The notes below the pieces were generated by a model. It did no database searches. It saw nothing but the letters and a program-made list of their open reading frames with translations, and was not told the DNA's origin. A stretch of 64,000 nucleotides of DNA, from contig CP122380.1 of NCBI GenBank assembly GCA_024650005.2, positions 1,376,001-1,440,000 of the forward strand. Direction: 5' to 3'. Of the stretch, positions 38,363-48,254 are shown one piece after another. This DNA comes from Candidatus Bathyarchaeum tardum. Lineage in GTDB: Archaea; Thermoproteota; Bathyarchaeia; Bathyarchaeales; Bathyarchaeaceae. The position numbers and the translations under genes are program-made. Position 1 is the first letter of the stretch, and every line of letters begins with the position of its first letter.

Positions 38363-40108
38363 ATGATAGTTAACAAGGTTTCGTTGTTAGTTGGTGGAGA
38401 AGCCGGAGCAGGAATAAGCCGTTCTGGATTACTATTTGCTAAATCTTGCCTAAGAGGCGGATTATGCGTCTTTGGTGCTAACGATTATCAATCTCTGATT
38501 CGGGGTGGACACAACTTTTACACAGTAAGAGCATGTGAAGAAGAAATTTATTCCCAAGCAGACAAAACCGACCTTCTTATCGCTCTAAACAAAGAAACTG
38601 TTTTTTTTCATAAAGATGAACTAATTTCAGGGGCAGGAATAATTTATGACCAAGAAGAATTCAGCATAACTCAAGAAGAGTTAGAAAGAAACGACATAAA
38701 CCTATATCATGTGCCCCTCAGAAAAATTGCCAAAGAACTTGAAGGACCCCAAATAATGGAGAACACTGTTGCTTTGGGCGCAGCAAATGCTCTTTTAGAT
38801 TATGACACAACAATTCTGAATGAAGTATTACAAGACACGTTTAACCAAAAAGTTGCACAACAGAACATTGAAGCTGCAAAGCGGGGTTACGATTATGTTA
38901 AAGAAAATTACGGGAACAGTTTTGGATACAAACTTGAGAAAACAGAGTCAGCAGGCAAAAAAAGACTTTTTCTAACAGGAAACGAAGCAATTGGTCTAGG
39001 GGCGTTAAATGCTGGATGCAAGTTTTATGCCGCCTATCCGATGACTCCTGCTACTACTATTCTTCATTTTCTTGCGCCCTTGGACAGAGAATACAAAATT
39101 GTTGTAATGCAAACTGAAAGCGAAATTGCAGCAATGAACATGGTTGCAGGGGCATCTTACGCGGGAGTAAGGTCCATGACTGCCACATCAGGGGGAGGCT
39201 TCTCCTTAATGGTAGAAGCATTAGGAATGGTAGGGATGACAGAAACTTCTCCAGTTATAGTTCTGGCTCAAAGACCAGGACCGAGCACAGGACTACCCAC
39301 ATACACCGCACAAGGAGACCTAAGATTTGCGATTCATGCATCTCAAGGAGAATTCCCCCGGGCAATAATCGCACCAGGAGATGTAGAAGAATGCTTTTAC
39401 AACACATTAGATGCATTCAATTTAGCAGAAAAGTTTCAGATACCTGCAATAATTATCTCTGACAAATATTTGTCCGAAAGCAACGGAACCACAGAAATTT
39501 TTAATCAAAACAAAATAGGAATTGACCGGGGACAGCTCATAACTGATGATACCTATACTCAAGAAGAAGAATACATGAGGCACAAATTAACTGAAAATGG
39601 AATTTCAATCAGAGCTATTCCTGGAATTAAAGGGGCAATAGTAAGAACCAACGCGGATGAACATAATGAGTTAGGGTACACTACTGAAGACCCAGTTTTG
39701 ACAACAAAAATGAATGACAAGCGTTTCAAAAAATTGGAAGGGTTAACTAAAGAATTGGAAAACTATGAAACAGTCAAGTTTTATGGTCCAGAAAACTCAG
39801 ATATAACAATTGTAAGTTGGGGTTCTACTAAAGGACCTATTCGCGAGGCAATGAAAATTTTAAGCAACGAAGGAAAAAACGTTAACTTTTTGCAAATTTT
39901 GTATTTAAGTCCGTTCCCAATAAACAAAATTAAAAATTATATTAAATCTGCGAAAAAGACAGTTATTGTAGAGAATAATAAAACTTCTCAATTGTCCAGC
40001 CTGATTCAGGAACATCTGTTAATGACTGTTGACCATAAGATTTTGAAATATGACGGTAGACCCTTCAATCCAGAAGAGTTGGCCCAACGCATTCGGGAGG
40101 TGCTCTAA
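38363..40108 (+). CDS. korA: 2-oxoacid:ferredoxin oxidoreductase alpha subunit (gamma-alpha fusion)
   Basis: GEAGAGI, IRGGHN, YPMTP, TATSGGG, RPGPSTGLPT. Confidence 0.93.
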   Translation: MIVNKVSLLVGGEAGAGISRSGLLFAKSCLRGGLCVFGANDYQSLIRGGHNFYTVRACEEEIYSQADKTDLLIALNKETVFFHKDELISGAGIIYDQEEFSITQEELERNDINLYHVPLRKIAKELEGPQIMENTVALGAANALLDYDTTILNEVLQDTFNQKVAQQNIEAAKRGYDYVKENYGNSFGYKLEKTESAGKKRLFLTGNEAIGLGALNAGCKFYAAYPMTPATTILHFLAPLDREYKIVVMQTESEIAAMNMVAGASYAGVRSMTATSGGGFSLMVEALGMVGMTETSPVIVLAQRPGPSTGLPTYTAQGDLRFAIHASQGEFPRAIIAPGDVEECFYNTLDAFNLAEKFQIPAIIISDKYLSESNGTTEIFNQNKIGIDRGQLITDDTYTQEEEYMRHKLTENGISIRAIPGIKGAIVRTNADEHNELGYTTEDPVLTTKMNDKRFKKLEGLTKELENYETVKFYGPENSDITIVSWGSTKGPIREAMKILSNEGKNVNFLQILYLSPFPINKIKNYIKSAKKTVIVENNKTSQLSSLIQEHLLMTVDHKILKYDGRPFNPEELAQRIREVL

Positions 40109-40966
40109 ATGGTTTCTCTTAATGATTTGAAAACACCAAAAACTAATACGTGGTGTCCTGGATGTGGCAATTTTGGAATTTTAATGGCTTTCAAGAAAGC
40201 TTTTATAGAAACAGGTATTGAACGAGAAGACGCAGTGATGGTTTCAGGAATTGGTTGCCATGGCAAGATTGTTAATTACGTGAACATCAATGGGTTCCAT
40301 GGTATCCACGGGCGAGTGTTGCCTACTGCACAGGGCATAAAATTGGCAAACCCGAACTTAACGGTAATTGGTTTTGCTGGGGATTCCGACCAGTACAATG
40401 AAGGCTGGGGACATTTTGCTCATGCGTTACGAACAAACGTGAACATGACGTTAATTGTTCATAATAACATGGTTTTGGGTTTAACTACTGGTCAGGCCAC
40501 GCCAACCAGCCAACAGGGATTCAAATCAAAGTCTACCCCTTTTGGTGTTATTCCGCCCATGTTAAATCCTATAGCTCATGCCTTGGTTAGTAACGGAACC
40601 TTTGTGGCACGGGGATTTTCAGGGGACATGTTCCATCTAAAGAGCCTAATTGTAGAGGCGATAAAACACCGAGGATTTGCATTTATTGACGTTTTCCAGC
40701 CTTGTGTAACCTTCAATTATTTGAACACCTATGATTGGTTCAATCAAAGGGTCTACAAACTTGAAGACGAAAACCATGATGTAACAGACCACAAAAAGGC
40801 GATAGAAAAAGCCCTAGAATGGGATGACCGAATACCCATTGGAATATTCTACAAAAAAGAAAGACCCATCTACAGTGACAGTCTTTCACATGTAAAAAAT
40901 GAAAAATTGACAAAATTGCCCAAACAAAACATTGACATAACATCAGCGATGAAAGAAATGATGTAA
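40109..40966 (+). CDS. korB: 2-oxoacid:ferredoxin oxidoreductase beta subunit
   Basis: WCPGCGN, SGIGC, HGR, TPP motif GDSD...NN, QPCVTFN. Confidence 0.93.
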   Translation: MVSLNDLKTPKTNTWCPGCGNFGILMAFKKAFIETGIEREDAVMVSGIGCHGKIVNYVNINGFHGIHGRVLPTAQGIKLANPNLTVIGFAGDSDQYNEGWGHFAHALRTNVNMTLIVHNNMVLGLTTGQATPTSQQGFKSKSTPFGVIPPMLNPIAHALVSNGTFVARGFSGDMFHLKSLIVEAIKHRGFAFIDVFQPCVTFNYLNTYDWFNQRVYKLEDENHDVTDHKKAIEKALEWDDRIPIGIFYKKERPIYSDSLSHVKNEKLTKLPKQNIDITSAMKEMM

Positions 40967-40994
40967 CAAAGAGCGATCTTAAGTTGAGACCAGA

Positions 40995-41618
40995 TTATAC
41001 TTGAGCGTCAGTCATTAGCTTCAACCGAATCAAGGGTATTTTACGCTCTGACAGTTTCTTCACTTGTGGCGACACATTCTGAAAAAGATCATACGGCTCC
41101 ATCGTAATTTGGTCTTCAGGTGCCATGCGTTTATTAATTCGCATGCGACCAGTCATTTCTTCAATTATCATGTTTTCTGCGATTAGTTCAGGCATGCAGA
41201 CTTCGCCGTTGTTGATTAATTTTTGAACAATCATCTTTTTCAGTTCTTCACCATGTTCCATTGCCTTGTAGTTTTTTGTAGCATTCTTTCGTAATTGTAC
41301 ATGCTCTAAAGAAAAGTGTGGCATTTTTTGACAGAAAGTGACCCGTTCTCGCCATTTATGGAGCCATTGTTGGGTCCAAACTTTCAGGAACGATTTTACT
41401 TCTTCGTGGCGAGTTTCATCGTTAAGAATTTCTGCGATATCAACTTTTTTGTCGTCGTCTTTTGCTGCTAGACATATTGTTAAGTCTTGATAAGCAAAGT
41501 CTAGTAGTTTGCGGTCCGAGCCAAAAATGTCCACGTCAGGAATCTCAGATTCCAGAATATCGGCTAACCAATACATAAGCAAATTTTTCGAGGCTCGAAG
41601 GGTTAACTTAGGGGACAT
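40995..41618 (-). CDS. hypothetical protein
   Basis: 207-aa ORF with GGGAGG SD; no recognised motif. Confidence 0.7.
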   Translation of the reverse strand: MSPKLTLRASKNLLMYWLADILESEIPDVDIFGSDRKLLDFAYQDLTICLAAKDDDKKVDIAEILNDETRHEEVKSFLKVWTQQWLHKWRERVTFCQKMPHFSLEHVQLRKNATKNYKAMEHGEELKKMIVQKLINNGEVCMPELIAENMIIEEMTGRMRINKRMAPEDQITMEPYDLFQNVSPQVKKLSERKIPLIRLKLMTDAQV

Positions 41619-41928
41619 TTTTTTGAACCTCCCACGAGGAACACATATTCCTCTGGTTTGTGGCTGTATATGAGGTTTTCCAATTTGTTTAGAAAATATA
41701 CTGCAAAAATAAATAAGGGTTAGAACAATAAAAGCAGTTTAACTTAATGACGTTCAACGGTCCTGATTTCATTATAATCAAATATTATCGAGTCCAGCTC
41801 CGTATTTGTTCAAACATGATGCTATAATATTTTCAGAAAGAGGAGCTGCTAATGTGGGTAATCTTTAATAAACAGCTGTTCCCCATTCTGTTAACGTCAC
41901 GAGAAATGCGTAGGAGAGAAAAAAGCGC

Positions 41929-42342
41929 TTGGCAAAATTCAAAGTAATAGTTTCAGACCCTGCAGATGGAACATCAAAAGCAGTAGAATTAGAAGAAGCA
42001 CAAGCAGTTCCCTTAATCGGAAGAAAACTTGGAGAAGAAATTGACGGAACCGCACTCAAACTATCAGGCTTCAAATTGAAAATAACTGGTGGCTCCGATA
42101 AAGACGGCTTCCCCATGAGACCAAACATTCATGGTGGAATTCGTATTGGCGCTATTCTAAGTGAAGGCGTAGGTTTTCGTGCAACCCGAAAGGGCGAGCG
42201 CAAACGTAAAACCCTTCGAGGCAACGTCATAACTGACGCAATTGTTCAAGTCAACATGAAAGTTATTGACAAGCCAAAAGGCAAAAAACTCAAAGAAGAT
42301 GCCCCAGCAGAAACTGAAGCTGCTGAAGTACCTGAACAATAA
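41929..42342 (+). CDS. rps6e: 30S ribosomal protein eS6
   Basis: LKITGGSDKDGFPMR, GERKRKTLRGN. Confidence 0.96.
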   Translation: MAKFKVIVSDPADGTSKAVELEEAQAVPLIGRKLGEEIDGTALKLSGFKLKITGGSDKDGFPMRPNIHGGIRIGAILSEGVGFRATRKGERKRKTLRGNVITDAIVQVNMKVIDKPKGKKLKEDAPAETEAAEVPEQ

Positions 42343-42482
42343 GTTTTAGTTTTTTTATGGGCGTTAAGGCCCAGCACATTTTTATCCAGCGTTTAGTGCA
42401 TTCTTGATTTTTTCAGGTTTAACGGATAGCTTTTTTAATTGTATAGTTGTTGTCTTACTTCGATTAATGGAGTGTTTAGTCT

Positions 42483-42767
42483 TTGTTGACTGAAATTGTT
42501 AGTGACCAACAGTTAATTGATTTGTATAATGAAGGCGGCTATTTGATTTCTGTTGATTATCCAAAAAAAGAAGTCAAGTTTCATACAGTGGATTGTATGT
42601 TAGCTGACCCAATCAGTACAGTTGGAGTTAAGCCTTCAAAGGCAAAAGAATCGCAATGTGGTGAAGTCTGGTATTCTAAAGAGCGCAGTGAAGTTATCGC
42701 TAAAGCAGAAGAAATAGTCAAAAAGAAAGGCTATACCTTACAAATTTGTGCTATCTGCGACCGTTAA
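42483..42767 (+). CDS. hypothetical protein with possible Zn ligands
   Basis: HTVDC and C-terminal CAIC; GGAG SD. Confidence 0.65.
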   Translation: MLTEIVSDQQLIDLYNEGGYLISVDYPKKEVKFHTVDCMLADPISTVGVKPSKAKESQCGEVWYSKERSEVIAKAEEIVKKKGYTLQICAICDR

Positions 42768-42787
42768 ATTGTTGTTTGCTTCAAGTG

Positions 42788-43192
42788 TTATCTTGAAGTT
42801 TTTTGTTTTCTTTTTTTGTATTGCTTATACATGTTTTCTACTTGTATTCTGCTCACGTATCCTTTGTGGGGTCTAAACCCGCCTTTGAACCCGTGGGGAA
42901 TGTGCATTAGTTCATGAAGTACGGTGCGTTCTTTGTCGTCTTGGCTTAGTTTGTCGTAGCGTTCGCTTAAAACTTCAATAACATACGAGGGGGGCAATCC
43001 AAGGGCTTGTTGCCAAATTTTTCCAAACCCGTGAATTCTGGCAATTATTCTTCGGGATTTTGAGCCTTCACTGCGAAAACAATGAATGGACTCAGGAACA
43101 ACATGGATGAATTCTAGTTGTTCAATGATTTCGTCTGCTAGTTTTTTGACGTCTGGTGCTTCAAAGTATTTTAATGGCAAGTTTTGGTTCAC
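42788..43192 (-). CDS. putative phage-type HExxH metallopeptidase
   Basis: ARIHG...WQQAL, YVIEV, LHELMHIP...RPH. Confidence 0.82.
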   Translation of the reverse strand: MNQNLPLKYFEAPDVKKLADEIIEQLEFIHVVPESIHCFRSEGSKSRRIIARIHGFGKIWQQALGLPPSYVIEVLSERYDKLSQDDKERTVLHELMHIPHGFKGGFRPHKGYVSRIQVENMYKQYKKRKQKTSR

Positions 43193-43280
43193 CCAAATTA
43201 GTTGAGCATCTAAGGTTAATGTTTAATATAAATTGTTTATAACAAAATACAAAGAATTTGAACAGGGGGAAAATTAAAAA

Positions 43281-43514
43281 ATGATACTAAGAGATGCAAT
43301 TATTGAAGCTCTTAAAACTCGGGGAGGTTCGGGCTCAATATCCGAGGTTACAGAATATATTCATGCAAAATACGGACGAGAACGGTGGAAAGATATTGTT
43401 ACAGAAATGGCTGATATGTGCCCAGAAAGCCAATCTTCATTGGTTCCGATGAGCGAGAGAGTTTTAAAGAGAATTGGTCGAGGAAATTACGCTTTGATTG
43501 GTTTCAATCCCTAG
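43281..43514 (+). CDS. small winged-helix domain protein
   Basis: IIEALKTRGG-SISEVTEYIHAKY ... LKRIGRGNYAL wing; AGGGGG SD. Confidence 0.7.
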   Translation: MILRDAIIEALKTRGGSGSISEVTEYIHAKYGRERWKDIVTEMADMCPESQSSLVPMSERVLKRIGRGNYALIGFNP

Positions 43515-43576
43515 CTGATATTAACGTGAATCATCTTCTATAAGGAAGTTCCAGAACCGTTAAATTACTATAGAGT

Positions 43577-43641
43577 GTATGAGGTAAGGAAGGAAATGGT
43601 ATAAAGCTATTGAAGGAATGAGGTACTCCCTTACCCCACAC
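43577..43641 (-). ncRNA. tandem hairpin RNA, copy 1
   Basis: On the minus strand GUGUGGGGUAAGGGAG pairs fully with CUUCCUUACCUCAUAC (16 bp, including G-U pairs); 33-nt loop; TAATATAA about 25 nt upstream. Confidence 0.6.
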
Positions 43642-43757
43642 TAGATTTTAGCTCTGAAACCTTTTGTTATATTACACTTGTTAAGACAAAATCATTATAG
43701 GTGCTCAACAGTTTCTTTGTTTGAACACTAACAATCAACCAAAATGCAGAAGATTAA

Positions 43758-43821
43758 ATATGAGGCAAGGAAGAAAATGAAAAACGGTTGACTGGATTGA
43801 AGGTGCTTCCTTACCCCACAC
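43758..43821 (-). ncRNA. tandem hairpin RNA, copy 2
   Basis: On the minus strand GUGUGGGGUAAGGAAG pairs with CUUCCUUGCCUCAUAU (16 bp, including G-U pairs); 32-nt loop; CATATAC about 25 nt upstream. Confidence 0.6.
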
Positions 43822-43956
43822 GATAGTTTAACCTTTGTTTGAATTTGGTATATGATACTTGTTAATTCACAATCAATATTTGTAAAAAAGGAAGAGAGAA
43901 CTCGAAAGTTTTAATATATAGTCTTTTTTCTATGTTGCTAAGGATTATTGATTACT

Positions 43957-45231
43957 ATGGCATCAACTGTTACCACTAAACGCAAGAAAGCTTTGGCGTT
44001 ACCTAAACAACCCGAGGTCAACATAGGCACTATTGGTCACGTAGACCATGGAAAAACCACTCTGGTTGAAGCAATAACTGGAGTTTGGGCAGCAAAACAC
44101 AGTGAAGAACTCAGACGAGGCATCACCATAAAACTAGGTTACGCAGATGCCCCAATCTTCAAATGCCCAAATTGTGACGAACCTCAATGTTACACATCAA
44201 GTACTACTTGTCCTAGTTGCGGCTCAAAAGCAGAATTCGTAAGAGCCATCAGTTTTGTTGATGCCCCCGGACATGAAGCCCTCATGGCAACAATGCTTTC
44301 AGGAGCAACAGTCATGGACGGCGCCTTGTTGATTATTGCAGCTAACGAAAAATGTCCTCAACCCCAAACTCGGGAACACCTTGCAGCCATTGAATTAGCT
44401 GGAGTAACTAACATTATTATTATTCAAAACAAAATCGACATCGTTGACCAAAAACGAGCCCTAGCAAGTTACAAAGAAATTCAAGAATTCGTAAAAGGCA
44501 CAATCGCAGAAGGAAAACCCATTATCCCAGTTTCTGCTCAACACATGGCAAACGTTGACGCTGTTTTGCAGGCAATAGAAAAATTCATACCGACCCCGGA
44601 ACGTGACCCAAACAAACCCCCAAGAATGTTTGTTGTTCGCTCTTTTGACGTTAACAAACCCGGAGATACAATAGACGATCTCGATGGAGGAGTAATCGGT
44701 GGGAGCATTTTCCAAGGAAGCTTCAAAGTAGGAGACGAAGTTGAAATCCGCCCAGGAATCAGAGTAGACAAACAAGGAAAAACATTCTATGAACCCATTT
44801 TCACCGAAATAACCAGCCTCAGTGCAGGGGGAAAACAAGTAGACGAAGCAAAAAGTGGAGGCCTAGTAGGAATAGGAACATACCTAGACCCTTCAATGAC
44901 TAAAGCTGATGGTCTCACAGGCAACATGGTTGGAAAACCTGATTTGCTTCCGCCTACAAGGTCTGAAATTGTTTTAGAAACCAAGCTTTTGAAGCGCGCC
45001 ATTGGAACTAAAGAACTTGTAGAAGTTTCTAACATAATCAAAGGTGAAAAACTATTGTTGGATGTTGGAACAACGATTACTATTGGGGCAGTAACCTCTT
45101 CAAAGAAAGATAGCGCTAACCTTACACTGGTCAGACCAATCTGTGCAGAAGACGGAGCACGAGTAGCCATCAGCAGAAAAATTGGCGGTCGATGGCGCCT
45201 TATTGGTTACGGAATAATCCAAAGTAGTTAG
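43957..45231 (+). CDS. eif2g: translation initiation factor aIF2 gamma
   Basis: QPEVNIG, GHVDHGKTT, HSEELRRGITIKLGYA, Zn ribbon, DAPGHE, RWRLIGYG. Confidence 0.97.
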   Translation: MASTVTTKRKKALALPKQPEVNIGTIGHVDHGKTTLVEAITGVWAAKHSEELRRGITIKLGYADAPIFKCPNCDEPQCYTSSTTCPSCGSKAEFVRAISFVDAPGHEALMATMLSGATVMDGALLIIAANEKCPQPQTREHLAAIELAGVTNIIIIQNKIDIVDQKRALASYKEIQEFVKGTIAEGKPIIPVSAQHMANVDAVLQAIEKFIPTPERDPNKPPRMFVVRSFDVNKPGDTIDDLDGGVIGGSIFQGSFKVGDEVEIRPGIRVDKQGKTFYEPIFTEITSLSAGGKQVDEAKSGGLVGIGTYLDPSMTKADGLTGNMVGKPDLLPPTRSEIVLETKLLKRAIGTKELVEVSNIIKGEKLLLDVGTTITIGAVTSSKKDSANLTLVRPICAEDGARVAISRKIGGRWRLIGYGIIQSS

Positions 45232-45299
45232 GTCTTGGAAACGAATTTTTTGGTTTGTGACAATAAAAGTCACCTAACCAATTCTTAGTTTTTTGATTA

Positions 45300-45622
45300 A
45301 TAATGATGCAACTCAAATTATTCTATTTCATACAAATCAGTCGTAATTTTGCAAAAAAAAGGAGTTTGTTGAGACCCCAACATAACAATATTGATCGCGC
45401 AAAATCGATTTTAGACTTTTTGAGGCAATACCAATAATTATCTCAAAAAATAGTTTCGACACAAATCTTTTGATATTTATCACTCGAAAATATCACACAT
45501 CCAGTAAATTATTGGGCATACTTAAGACAATTAAGGAAATAATACCAGATGATGAAATAGAGAAAACTATTGAAATACTTGAATCGTTAAAAACCTTAGC
45601 GATACCAACAAACAAGAACTAA
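45300..45622 (+). pseudogene. probable degraded gene fragment
   Basis: 75 open codons (45395-45619, DFRLFEAIPIIISKN...) with no good start; upstream frames broken by stops or a frameshift. Confidence 0.35.
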
Positions 45623-45791
45623 TTAAAAAAATGAGGATTTATAATGCCTCTCAATAAAAACGGTTTATTTGATTTTCTAAATCTGCTCGGGCATATAATC
45701 ACTTGACACATGACTTTTTGTTTTTGTATACACAATATAATTCTAAAAATGCAGATTACAATCAAAAAGCTTACTTACAGTAGTACAATAT

Positions 45792-47114
45792 ATGATAACG
45801 AGGATTGTAATGTCGGACTCAGGTGAGGAAACATATTCGACAATGTTCACTTCCTTGAAACATCCCGCTCGCAGAAAGATTCTTCGGATGCTCGCAGAAA
45901 AACCAAAAAATTTTTCTCGAATCTTAGAAGAACTGGGGATTTCAAGCTCACATCTTACTTATCATCTTGAAAACCTTGGAGAACTAATAACTAAACTGGA
46001 CGACGGACGATACCGGCTTTCCACTTTTGGACAAGCAGCTGTATTGACCATGAAAGGCGTAGAAGAAGCCCCCGAAGTTCAGACGAAAAGTGTCTTTGCT
46101 TTGTCTGGACAATGGCGCATAGTTTTTGGAGCCCTAATGATTGTCATTATTGTTTTGGCAGGGTTATCGTATGTTCAGTTTACGTCGTTAAAGGATTTAT
46201 CTGCCAAACAAGACCAACTGCAAAACGATTTTGAACAATTATCCATCGACCACGAACGATTATTGTCATGGGGAATATCCACTGATAGTGTAGTTAACTT
46301 TTTGCAGGATGTAATTCAACTAGATATGACCAAGTATACAGCAAACCTAGAAAGGCATACAGTTGGGTATCGCACAGATCTGGGAGGAACAATTGAAGAA
46401 TTTTTAACCTACCGTCTTATATCAGATGAAACCGAATTGTCGATAGATTTCAGGTTTAGAAACCAAACCTTGTCCCGTTATTACCTTACAATAATTGAGG
46501 GGTCACCAATCTATTCTACGCCCCCGTCAGCAAATGTTATTGAATATACTAAAAACCTTGTTCAACGATACCAAACCTATGCAGATGCTCCATACATAGA
46601 GCCAATGCGAAATATACTAACTTCAATCAGCCATGTAGAAAATACAGAAAAAATCCAAGGCGATATCAAATTGATAATTACAACCACCGGAAAAGATGTT
46701 GAAATCCGATGGTCAAAAACAACGAATGGAATAGATTTCCAAGCTAAAGGGATGACTTTAACTTTTTACGATGGGGCGCTAACTTTCCTTACTGATGGCT
46801 GGTTGCTATTTAATGTAGGAAACACTGATGTCAATGTTTCAGAACAAGAAGCAATCCAAATTGCCATTGATAGTGCCAGGGAATATTCTTGGATGGTAGA
46901 TGGTATAGAAATAGCTGATTTTGTTGTGCTTGAAGACCCTGTATCAGTTAATCTATGGCCTCATATCAGGGATGAACCCTTAGATTTGATTCCTTACTGG
47001 TATGTTGTAGTAAAACTGGACAAAGTTTACCCCGGAAACGTTAACAGCATTGGAGTAGGCATATGGGCAGACACAGGAAAAGTCAGTGGCTACCAAACCT
47101 CATACATAGGATAA
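45792..47114 (+). CDS. ArsR-type HTH + TM + large extracytoplasmic domain protein
   Basis: SLKHPARRKILRML...SSHLTYHLENL; TM WRIVFGALMIVIIVLAGLSY; coiled coil; PepSY-like SEQEAIQIA...WADTG. Confidence 0.85.
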   Translation: MITRIVMSDSGEETYSTMFTSLKHPARRKILRMLAEKPKNFSRILEELGISSSHLTYHLENLGELITKLDDGRYRLSTFGQAAVLTMKGVEEAPEVQTKSVFALSGQWRIVFGALMIVIIVLAGLSYVQFTSLKDLSAKQDQLQNDFEQLSIDHERLLSWGISTDSVVNFLQDVIQLDMTKYTANLERHTVGYRTDLGGTIEEFLTYRLISDETELSIDFRFRNQTLSRYYLTIIEGSPIYSTPPSANVIEYTKNLVQRYQTYADAPYIEPMRNILTSISHVENTEKIQGDIKLIITTTGKDVEIRWSKTTNGIDFQAKGMTLTFYDGALTFLTDGWLLFNVGNTDVNVSEQEAIQIAIDSAREYSWMVDGIEIADFVVLEDPVSVNLWPHIRDEPLDLIPYWYVVVKLDKVYPGNVNSIGVGIWADTGKVSGYQTSYIG

Positions 47115-47142
47115 AAAATGTAAAGCTTGGAGAATTATTCAA

Positions 47143-47556
47143 TTGGCAGTTCCAAAACACGAAACATTAAAGATTATTTTAGATGCAAACTTCTTTTTTA
47201 TTCCAGCTCAATTTCGTTTGGATATTTTTCAGGAACTGGAAAACTTGTTGAATAAACGGTTTGAGCCTATTCTTTTATCTTCAACAAAAAAGGAGCTTGA
47301 AGGTCTTGCTCAATCAACTCCAAAGATTCAAAAACAAGCGTTGTTAGCTTTCAAGTTTGCAGAAAAATGCCGTTTTATCCTTGTTGACAAAAAAAAGGAT
47401 GAAACCTTTGATGATGTTATTGTTAGAGTAGCGTCTGAATGGAACTGCCCTGTGGCAACAAATGATAAAGAATTAAAAAAGCGGTTAAAAGAAAAGGGGA
47501 TTACAACCATTTTTTTGAGGCAAAAACGCCGTTTGGCAGTGGATGGGACGGTATAG
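47143..47556 (+). CDS. PIN-domain protein (Utp24/Fcf1-like)
   Basis: ILDANF, DDVIV, VATNDKELKKR; conserved position before rpoE1. Confidence 0.88.
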   Translation: MAVPKHETLKIILDANFFFIPAQFRLDIFQELENLLNKRFEPILLSSTKKELEGLAQSTPKIQKQALLAFKFAEKCRFILVDKKKDETFDDVIVRVASEWNCPVATNDKELKKRLKEKGITTIFLRQKRRLAVDGTV

Positions 47557-47652
47557 GCTTATAAATGGGTCTGTCTTTTATTTGGAAACGAAAGCCCATT
47601 TGTAAGACTTTCACGTAAATACATCATCAAATTTAAGATTAGGTGAAATTGA

Positions 47653-48249
47653 GTGTTCAAGCTAGTAGCAGTAGAGGATGCAATTCGTATACCACCAGAA
47701 AAGTTTGGAGAAGATATCAACACTGTAGGTTACGACCAACTTAAAATGAAATATGACGGCATGGTAGACGAAGAATTAGGTTACGTCATAGCAGTCACAC
47801 AAATTAGCGTAAATCCATGTGGCAAAATAATTCCCGGAGATGGAGCTACATTCCACAAGGTTCAATTTTCTTTGCTTACTTTCTACCCCAAAATTCAAGA
47901 AGTAATCGAGGGAGAAGTAGTAGAAATTGCAGAGTTTGGAGCTTTCGTTCGTATCGGACCTGTGGATGCACTTTTGCACGTTTCTCAATTAATGGATGAT
48001 TACATCTCGTATGATGAACGCCAAGGAGTTTTAATGGGTAAAGAAACAAAACGAAAACTTCAAACCGGAGACAAAGTGCGAGTCCGAATAACTGCAGTAT
48101 CCTTGGGACGAAGTGGCGGTTCAGGAAAAATTGGAGTTACTGCTCGGCAGCCTTACCTTGGAAAACTCGAGTGGATTAAACAAGACATAGCAAAAGAGGA
48201 AGGTTTACTTGAAGAAGCTGCAAGTGGTGCAAAACCAGCAGGAGAATAA
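47653..48249 (+). CDS. rpoE1: RNA polymerase subunit Rpo7 (E')
   Basis: RIPP, GKIIPGDGA, S1 domain FGAFVRIGPVDALLHVSQ. Confidence 0.96.
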   Translation: MFKLVAVEDAIRIPPEKFGEDINTVGYDQLKMKYDGMVDEELGYVIAVTQISVNPCGKIIPGDGATFHKVQFSLLTFYPKIQEVIEGEVVEIAEFGAFVRIGPVDALLHVSQLMDDYISYDERQGVLMGKETKRKLQTGDKVRVRITAVSLGRSGGSGKIGVTARQPYLGKLEWIKQDIAKEEGLLEEAASGAKPAGE

Positions 48250-48254
48250 ATGAA

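Noticed and set aside
43577-43821. Tandem elements read as a CRISPR mini-array or as small peptides (GTG-start MWGK... ORFs on the minus strand)
   Set aside because: The arms are inverted rather than direct repeats, there are only two units and no cas genes. The 1-nt loop length difference shifts the frame between copies, so coding is not conserved.
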